A program made the position numbers and the translations under genes. The notes under the pieces are model-generated. The model had not been told where the DNA came from, did not search any database, and saw nothing but the letters and a program-made list of their open reading frames with translations. From positions 1 to 52,154 of the forward strand of contig DAHUYR010000036.1 in assembly GCA_027315135.1 (NCBI GenBank): a DNA stretch of 52,154 nucleotides. Reading direction: 5' to 3'. The stretch is from Candidatus Micrarchaeota archaeon. Its GTDB lineage: Archaea; Micrarchaeota; Micrarchaeia; Micrarchaeales; CABMGC01. Positions 46,354 through 52,154 of this stretch are shown in pieces (the first letter of the stretch is position 1; the number at the start of each line of letters is the position of its first letter).

Positions 46354-46442
46354 CGGGCCCGGCGGGATTTTCAGAAGGTCTTTTGAACCCGCGACCCTCA
46401 GATTAGAAGTCTGTCGCTCTGTCCAAGCTGAGCTACGGGCCC
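46354..46442 (-). tRNA. tRNA-Arg (anticodon UCU) with 14-nt non-canonical intron in the T-loop
   Basis: Minus-strand fold. Acceptor GGGCCCG/CGGGCCC. D arm GCTC-AGCTTGGACA-GAGC. Anticodon arm ACAGA-CTTCTAA-TCTGA. Variable loop GGGTC. T stem GCGGG/CCCGC enclosing 21 nt. The mature form is 75 nt and no CCA is encoded. Confidence 0.8.
46368..46381 (-). other. predicted tRNA intron (AGACCTTCTGAAAA) excised from a bulge-helix-bulge motif, position 59/60
   Basis: TTCA pairs with TGAA (4 bp), flanked by 3-nt bulges AAA and AAT on opposite strands. Removal of the intron leaves the canonical T-loop TTCAAAT. Confidence 0.6.
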
Positions 46443-46449
46443 ATAAGCG

Positions 46450-47262
46450 TCAAATATAAAAAAACCTCTTCAGGTTCCCAGTTACCATAGAAGCCACATC
46501 ATAAAAACTAATGTCTTTCATCTTCGCTATAACTTCCAAGGTCTCCTTAACATCCAAAGGGCTGTGTCCGGCAACCGGGGAATCTGTTTCAACTACTATA
46601 TTACGTATGTCGAGATGCTTTATAATCTTTTTCCTGTTCGATGAGAGTCTAGGAGGTATGGATATTAGGTGGCCCATGCCTGCAAGTTTCTGCGCCTCTT
46701 CAAGAGCCCCGTCAAAGAAGTGCATCATGAAACGGACTTTTGGAAACTCCTCAATTATTTCAATAACATGCTTCATCATGCTCCTCGCATGCACCACAAC
46801 AGGTATTTCAAGCGCTTCGGCAATCTTTATCTGCTCCCTAAAGATATCTTTCTGCAGCTCCAAGCCATATTTATCAGTATATTTTGCATCAAGTCCTATC
46901 TCACCTATGCCTATTATCTTTGGATTTGCCTTTATCTGCATTTCAATATCGTCTATACTGTCGGCATCCTCTATCGCAGACGGATCTATCCCTATAGTTG
47001 CAAAAACACCATCATAATTAGTCATCTCTATCGCTCCTGTATTTCCGTCAACCGTGCCTCCAGAGGTTATTATAATGCCTATTCCTTCTTCACGCGCTTT
47101 GGCTATGGTGTCCAAAGGGTTTTTGAAGAGCTCAAGATGACAATGTGCATCAGACATCTCGGCCCTGTCAAGAAGATTCTCTTTTATTACGGTTTTGGAA
47201 AGCTGCGTCATGCTTACTGCCTTTATTTTTTCAGAATCTGTGTCATATGCCCTATACTGCAC
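46450..47262 (-). CDS. TatD-family metal-dependent hydrolase
   Basis: MSDAHCHL motif, GIGEIGLD, and VVVHARS. The longest ORF starts at GTG 47262. The ATGs at 47211 or 47157 (MSDAHCHL) are more likely true starts. Confidence 0.8.
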   Translation of the reverse strand: MQYRAYDTDSEKIKAVSMTQLSKTVIKENLLDRAEMSDAHCHLELFKNPLDTIAKAREEGIGIIITSGGTVDGNTGAIEMTNYDGVFATIGIDPSAIEDADSIDDIEMQIKANPKIIGIGEIGLDAKYTDKYGLELQKDIFREQIKIAEALEIPVVVHARSMMKHVIEIIEEFPKVRFMMHFFDGALEEAQKLAGMGHLISIPPRLSSNRKKIIKHLDIRNIVVETDSPVAGHSPLDVKETLEVIAKMKDISFYDVASMVTGNLKRFFYI

Positions 47263-47533
47263 CGTTTGACACTAATAAGACAAGAGATACTGCAACAACT
47301 ATTATGTATGCAAATGCCAGCGCATAGATAATCTTTGCCCACGTTGGCGAATTCTCATGCAGGCGTGTTCCTACCTCTGGATTTCCGGCATTCCAGCGCA
47401 CTGCCTCATTAGTGTTCATATATGAAAAATTTTCTGCTACGGTCACTTCCCTGAGTTTTTTAAAGCGTTTTTTATCCTTCATTTCCTCTCTAATTAACTG
47501 TTCAGTCTCCTTCATCTCGCTTTCTCTGCTCAT
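47252..47533 (-). CDS. small tail-anchored membrane protein
   Basis: 93 aa with a charged N-terminal half and the C-terminal TM helix IIYALAFAYIIVVAVSLVLLV. No family recognised. Confidence 0.5.
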   Translation of the reverse strand: MSRESEMKETEQLIREEMKDKKRFKKLREVTVAENFSYMNTNEAVRWNAGNPEVGTRLHENSPTWAKIIYALAFAYIIVVAVSLVLLVSNGAV

Positions 47534-47678
47534 GCCATAACCACGATAACCTAATGATACCGACTCTACTTAAATATTTGCCTTGAACAGATAGGATTGC
47601 GGAAAGGAAAAGAAGTTAAATAATAGTTTATAATATAATAATAGCAAAAATAGCAACATAGTTCAAAGGTTGTTCATA

Positions 47679-48761
47679 ATGGCAAGCACAAAAAAACAAG
47701 ATTCTCAGAAGACAGTGATCTCTTACAAAAAGGCAGTGGAAACGCTGAAAATAATCTCATCAGCATCTCTGGTAATAGCAATAATCGCAATAGTGATAGC
47801 ACTATTTGCGCTAACAGAGGTAAGCCAGCATCCGGTAGCTCTTGCAAACCAGACAACAAATACGAACACTCTCAACTCAAACAACACAGTTTTCGGCAAC
47901 AGGCTTGTAAACATCGATCAACCGCTTAACGCCACCTCGCTTGCAGTAATAAACAATGCTTCAAATTCATACTTCGAAACCGCAGGAGAAATGTATCTGA
48001 ACGGATCAATAAAGAATCCAGTAGCCTACCTGATAGGCGGGTTTAAGGTAAATCCAGTGAATGGCATTATCATCAACAACAAGCCATCAGTTATATACTT
48101 AGGATCCATAACCTGCGTATTTTGCGGGGAGAATAGATGGGCAATGGCCCTTGCATTGTCAAGATTCGGAACCTTCAACAAATTGTACAAAGGATACAGC
48201 GCGCTTCAGGACAGCGACGTGCCAACATTATACTGGAACAGCAACAACTACAATGCGCCTGGAATTGATCTTACGAACCACTACACAAGCCCTTACATAA
48301 ATTTCATAACTCTGGAAGATGAATACCCGATAACCGGGGGCTTTGCCTTGCAGCCAATGACCGTAATGGGCCAGGAGATAAACAATTCAAAGAACCAGAG
48401 CGACATAGCTGCATTCAAACTTATATCTAACCTGTCTGCAAAGACCAGTGCCGCAACTGCATTCGGCGGAACTCCATATACTATATGGGGCAACTACCAG
48501 GTTGGCGGGGCAGACGGGATAGTCTTCGGAAATACATCTGCAATAAGCGGAGGTTATCCTGCGATTACCTACATGACCCACTCTCAGATACTCAATGCGC
48601 TAAACTCACCAAACGATCAGTTTTCATGGTCAGAATATGCTGCTGCAGATATCTACATATCAGAAATGTGCCTGACCCTGAACAACACTCCATCAGTCAG
48701 CGCGTGCAGCCTCCCTGCGATAAACAAGATAGAACAGCAAATCAAGAAGAATTCATTCTGA
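47679..48761 (+). CDS. N-terminally anchored extracytoplasmic protein with CxxC motif (DUF929-like, thioredoxin-like candidate)
   Basis: TM helix IISSASLVIAIIAIVIALFAL, then YLGSITCVFCGENRWAMALALSRFGTF (CxxC at a helix start). A second Cys pair, MCLTLNNTPSVSAC, lies near the C-terminus. Confidence 0.6.
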   Translation: MASTKKQDSQKTVISYKKAVETLKIISSASLVIAIIAIVIALFALTEVSQHPVALANQTTNTNTLNSNNTVFGNRLVNIDQPLNATSLAVINNASNSYFETAGEMYLNGSIKNPVAYLIGGFKVNPVNGIIINNKPSVIYLGSITCVFCGENRWAMALALSRFGTFNKLYKGYSALQDSDVPTLYWNSNNYNAPGIDLTNHYTSPYINFITLEDEYPITGGFALQPMTVMGQEINNSKNQSDIAAFKLISNLSAKTSAATAFGGTPYTIWGNYQVGGADGIVFGNTSAISGGYPAITYMTHSQILNALNSPNDQFSWSEYAAADIYISEMCLTLNNTPSVSACSLPAINKIEQQIKKNSF

Positions 48762-48776
48762 TTTTCGGTAATCAAA

Positions 48777-49295
48777 ATGGCAAAGATGGCAAAAAAGCCC
48801 AAACCTGCAGGTAAGAAGCCTAAAAGAAGCGTCACATATAGACTCAAGAAATTAAAGACAGTACTAACAAGGCCAACATATCTCGCGGTGCTGGCAATAA
48901 CTGCGATAATCTATTACTATATATTCTATTACATCATAACAAGCAGCAATTATGGGCTGTTCCTCCTGACAATACCTGTATATTTGCTGTACGCATTGGT
49001 TATAACCTCGGCACTGCTCTTCACGGTGGCAATATCATCAATACACGGGCATGTCAAATACGCAAGGGCAATATCAGGAAGCGTATCTGGATCAATAATC
49101 GTTCTTGCCGGAGGCACGGTGGCCAGCTGCGCATGCACAATACCTGTATTCGTCTCCCTGTTGTACATATTCGGAGCAAGCGTTGCAGATGTCACTCTGG
49201 TAAACTTCTACATAAGCACATATCAGCTGTACATAATGGCAGCTTTGATAATTGTAAACGTGGCACTAACATACAATTATCTAGGAAAACTCTGA
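48777..49295 (+). CDS. 4-TM membrane protein with intramembrane CxC motif
   Basis: Lys-rich N-terminus and four hydrophobic helices. The only two Cys residues are in GGTVASCACTIPVFVSLLY. It starts 15 nt after the preceding gene. Confidence 0.55.
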   Translation: MAKMAKKPKPAGKKPKRSVTYRLKKLKTVLTRPTYLAVLAITAIIYYYIFYYIITSSNYGLFLLTIPVYLLYALVITSALLFTVAISSIHGHVKYARAISGSVSGSIIVLAGGTVASCACTIPVFVSLLYIFGASVADVTLVNFYISTYQLYIMAALIIVNVALTYNYLGKL

Positions 49296-49355
49296 TGAAG
49301 GCAAAGTTTTTATATCTGGAAAACGACACAATCATTTAGCATACAGGCGAGTACT

Positions 49356-50282
49356 ATGGAACTGAAGAACAAAGAGATAATAGTGACAGGAGGAGCTGGA
49401 TTCATCGGAAGCAACCTAGTTTCCGTTCTTGCAAAGGACAACAGCGTTACTGTAATCGATAACATGCACACTGGGACCGAGGCCAACCTTGCGGAAGACA
49501 TAAAGGAAAACAATGTAAAACTGCTCAAGGCTGACGCAAAAGAAATAAATAAGGCAAACGTAGATCCAGATTACATATTCCATCTAGGAATGTACTCTTC
49601 CACTCCTATGTACAAAGAAAACAATAACAGGGTAAATGAAGTTGTCAACGGCGCAATTAATGTCTTCAAATACTCGATAGAAAAGAATGCAAAGACTGTA
49701 TTCATTTCATCGTCATCGCTTTACAACGGTCTGCAGATGCCATACTCTGAGGATCTGCTGCCAAAAGTGACTGATTTTTACACAGAGGCGAGATACTATG
49801 TGGAAAGACTCGCCGAGCTTTATAGCAAGCTTCACGGACTCGACGCCACTGGCATAAGACTCTTTTCAGTATATGGCAAGAGAGAGGAGAACAAGAAACA
49901 GTATGCCAATCTGGTAACACAGTTCATATGGGCACTAAAGGACAACGGTCCGGCAGTAATATACGGGGACGGAAGCCAGACAAGGGACTTCACAAACGTT
50001 TCAGACGTTGTAAGGGCAGCAATACTCGCATCATCATACAAAGGATATGATATATTCAATGTAGGCACTGGTAAGAGCTACTCCCTGAACGACACGGTTG
50101 CAAAAATAAACAAACTTTCTGGAAAGGAGCTTAAGGTGCAGCATATTCCAAACAAGATAAACAACTACGTAGCACATACGCTTGCAGACACAAGAAAATC
50201 AAAAGAGAAGTTGGGATTCGAGGCAAAGGTTAATGTGGATGAAGGAATAAAGGAACTCCTCGCACACTACAACATAGTCTGA
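49356..50282 (+). CDS. NAD-dependent epimerase/dehydratase (extended SDR)
   Basis: VTGGAGFIGSNL Rossmann motif and a SSSSLYNG...DFYTEARYYVE catalytic region. 308 aa. Confidence 0.85.
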   Translation: MELKNKEIIVTGGAGFIGSNLVSVLAKDNSVTVIDNMHTGTEANLAEDIKENNVKLLKADAKEINKANVDPDYIFHLGMYSSTPMYKENNNRVNEVVNGAINVFKYSIEKNAKTVFISSSSLYNGLQMPYSEDLLPKVTDFYTEARYYVERLAELYSKLHGLDATGIRLFSVYGKREENKKQYANLVTQFIWALKDNGPAVIYGDGSQTRDFTNVSDVVRAAILASSYKGYDIFNVGTGKSYSLNDTVAKINKLSGKELKVQHIPNKINNYVAHTLADTRKSKEKLGFEAKVNVDEGIKELLAHYNIV

Positions 50283-50455
50283 TCTCCGAACACACTCTTT
50301 ATTTTAACTATATTCTTTACAGGCCTGGCATAGGTATTGCTGCAGGTGCCAGGAGTATTTATTACCAGCTGCAGTATCTACATGCAGATCTGCTGTTATC
50401 AAACCCTGAAAAGCAGATATAAATATTCCTATGCAAAGAGAATTGTGACGAATGC

Positions 50456-51448
50456 ATGAAACAAGCAAAGCGCCATAAAAAAGCAGTTTCAAAACACAGA
50501 TCGGCAAGGAGAAAAACAGTCGTAAATCACGCCGCTCAGCCAAAGCTATCCCGGGCACTTGACCTAGAAGAACTCCTTGTCAAAAGCCTTCTCAATCAAT
50601 CAAAGGGGCTTAAGGATGGGATAGTTGTTGAAGACCTTATATACTCGCTAACTCCGAAGCTGGCAAGAACGGCATATAACTTCGGTTATTCCATAGGCAG
50701 GAGCATATTTGCAAACTCCCAAAGATGGGAAAATACACTGATACCTGCTCTCGGAAGACTCGGTTTCAGGTACATAAAATACTATCCGTTTAGGGATGCA
50801 CTTGCGATAAGCCTAGAATCAAGGAATCCTGGTATTACCAACATAGGTGCAAGGATACATTCGTTCGAATCTGGGATAATTGCGGGCTATCTGTCAGCAC
50901 ATTCTGGAGAGGCAATAAATACTGTAGAGAAGGAATGCGTGTATCATGGCGATAAGGCATGCAGATTTGTTTCATACACAGGAAGAATACTGAGAGAAAG
51001 TTCATCGCCTTCATTGGAGGACGTAATAGACGCTATTGCAACAAGCATGCGAGAGATAAAATTCAGCAACAGGTCAGATACTGAGTATCATATGCTCCCT
51101 CTCATACTTATGACAAAACAGCCGCTGCGGAGTGAGGTTGCGAAGATATTTTATCTGACAGGCCTAGAACTTTCGCAAAGGCACCATAAGGAAGATATAG
51201 AAGACATACTGAGGAATATTGCAAGATACTTCGGGGTCACAAAGGAATCGGTATCAGTAGCTCCAAAGAATGCTACTGTTGAGCTGAATTACGCATATCA
51301 TAACTCAAATGCGGATTTTGTGGAATTGTCCACAGCGATGATACGGGGCGTCATAAAGGGCAGAACCTCAAAGGAGCCCAATGTATATATAAACGTTGAT
51401 AAAAATAAGAACTACGTTGTTGATATAACTACTGCGGTGCGCAAATGA
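50456..51448 (+). CDS. V4R-domain-containing protein with basic N-terminal tail
   Basis: FESGIIAGYLSAHSGEAINTVEKECVYHGDKACRFV fits the V4R C-x-x-G-x-x-x-C-x-F signature. The N-terminus is MKQAKRHKKAVSKHRSARRK. Its stop overlaps the secY start (ATGA). Confidence 0.6.
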   Translation: MKQAKRHKKAVSKHRSARRKTVVNHAAQPKLSRALDLEELLVKSLLNQSKGLKDGIVVEDLIYSLTPKLARTAYNFGYSIGRSIFANSQRWENTLIPALGRLGFRYIKYYPFRDALAISLESRNPGITNIGARIHSFESGIIAGYLSAHSGEAINTVEKECVYHGDKACRFVSYTGRILRESSSPSLEDVIDAIATSMREIKFSNRSDTEYHMLPLILMTKQPLRSEVAKIFYLTGLELSQRHHKEDIEDILRNIARYFGVTKESVSVAPKNATVELNYAYHNSNADFVELSTAMIRGVIKGRTSKEPNVYINVDKNKNYVVDITTAVRK

Positions 51449-52154
51449 ACATTAAATCCTTAGACCCGCTGCTAAAGCTCATACCAGGCATAAAGAAGCC
51501 AGCCACGCCTCTGTCCTTCAGGGATAAGCTGAAATGGACTGCAGCAATAATGTGCGCTTACTTTATACTTTTCAGTACTCCTGCATACGGCGTAAACCTC
51601 TCAACGCTCCAGCAACCTGTGCTGCAGCTGATCAACGTGATATTTGCAGCAAGGACCGGAACGCTGATCACTGTAGGTATAGGTCCTATAGTGCTCTCAA
51701 GCATAATACTGCAGTTACTGCAGGGTTCAGGAGTATTCAACATAGACATGAATGATCCAGAACAAAAGGGCAGATTTCAGGCAATACAGAAGCTCGCTGC
51801 AATAACTATTGCAGTAGTTGAATCCTTCATATTCACATATACGGGATATGTCCCGCTAGCTGCTCCGGCATTCTTCGGAATAGTGGTGCTGCAGCTTGCA
51901 GTAAGCGCGATGATAGTGATATTCCTTGATGAAATGATGGTAAAGTACGGTCTTACCTCTGGCATAAACCTCTTCATAGCAGGAGGAGTGGCATATTCGA
52001 TAATAGCAGGAACGATAAACATTTTAGGAAACGAGGCTCTGCAGGCCATAGCTGCAGGAGGTGCAACTGCAATACCTAATGCAATACTTGCATTTGGCCC
52101 ATTATTCTTCTCAGTATTAGTCATGCTGGTTAGCATATACGCATACGACATAAA
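51445..52154 (+). CDS. secY: protein translocase subunit SecY, 3'-partial (continues beyond window)
   Basis: The frame-1 ORF from ATG 51445 stays open to the window end, and is absent from the track because it has no stop. MNIKSLDPLLKLIPGIKKPATPLSFRDKLKWT...RTGTLITVGIGPIVLSSIILQLLQGSG...DEMMVKYGLTSGINLFIAGGV matches SecY TM1-TM5 signatures. Confidence 0.9.
   Translation, partial: MNIKSLDPLLKLIPGIKKPATPLSFRDKLKWTAAIMCAYFILFSTPAYGVNLSTLQQPVLQLINVIFAARTGTLITVGIGPIVLSSIILQLLQGSGVFNIDMNDPEQKGRFQAIQKLAAITIAVVESFIFTYTGYVPLAAPAFFGIVVLQLAVSAMIVIFLDEMMVKYGLTSGINLFIAGGVAYSIIAGTINILGNEALQAIAAGGATAIPNAILAFGPLFFSVLVMLVSIYAYDI

Noticed and set aside
46443-46470. TATA-like tract (rc TTTTTTTATATTTG) just upstream of the tRNA as its promoter
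   Set aside because: It lies only about 10-22 nt from the mature 5' end and inside the last codons of TatD. That is too close for standard -26 TATA spacing. The tRNA may instead be processed from the tatD transcript. This is left unresolved rather than called.
50304-50558. 84-aa minus-strand ORF spanning the epimerase/V4R spacer
   Set aside because: It overlaps the start of the V4R gene in antisense and has no recognisable features. The spacer more plausibly holds a T-rich terminator (ctctttatttta) and the V4R-secY promoter.

Overview
This is a gene-dense archaeal chromosomal segment, moderately AT-rich, with many 1-, 4- and 8-nt gene overlaps and GGTGA-type Shine-Dalgarno (SD) sites inside operons. 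Most of it is housekeeping. It carries an mrp-orc1/cdc6-mre11 operon and both subunits of ADP-forming acetyl-CoA synthetase. It also carries the exosome superoperon: psmA, SBDS, rrp4, rrp41, rrp42, L37Ae, an unknown ORF, and rpoP. Further genes are a histone, thioredoxin, hisS, a geranylgeranyl reductase, AglB plus a GT4 glycosyltransferase, thermosome, an adk-DUF106-L34e-cmk-L14e block, PolD DP1/DP2, an aminotransferase, TatD, an NAD-epimerase and the 5' part of secY. A histone fold protein, PolD, small proteins, fragmented superoperons and a non-canonical tRNA intron together suggest a small-genome DPANN/Micrarchaeota-like archaeon. That placement is inference only. Two genes are missing from the supplied ORF track: rpoP (43 aa, 26703-26834) and secY (51445 to the window end, no stop). 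One RNA gene was found, a tRNA-Arg(UCU) on the minus strand (46354-46442) with a 14-nt bulge-helix-bulge intron inside the T-loop. The outstanding accessory region is 9981-22392. It holds three tandem paralogous giant type-I membrane proteins of 1162, 1308 and 1494 aa. Each is built from YVTN beta-propeller repeat arrays, PKD/Ig-like Cys-pair modules and a sequon-dense membrane-proximal module. The paralogs show patchy near-identical DNA tracts consistent with gene conversion. The third paralog continues past its membrane anchor into a second TM helix and a roughly 460-aa unrecognised ectodomain. I saw no CRISPR array, transposase, integrase or recognisable defence system.
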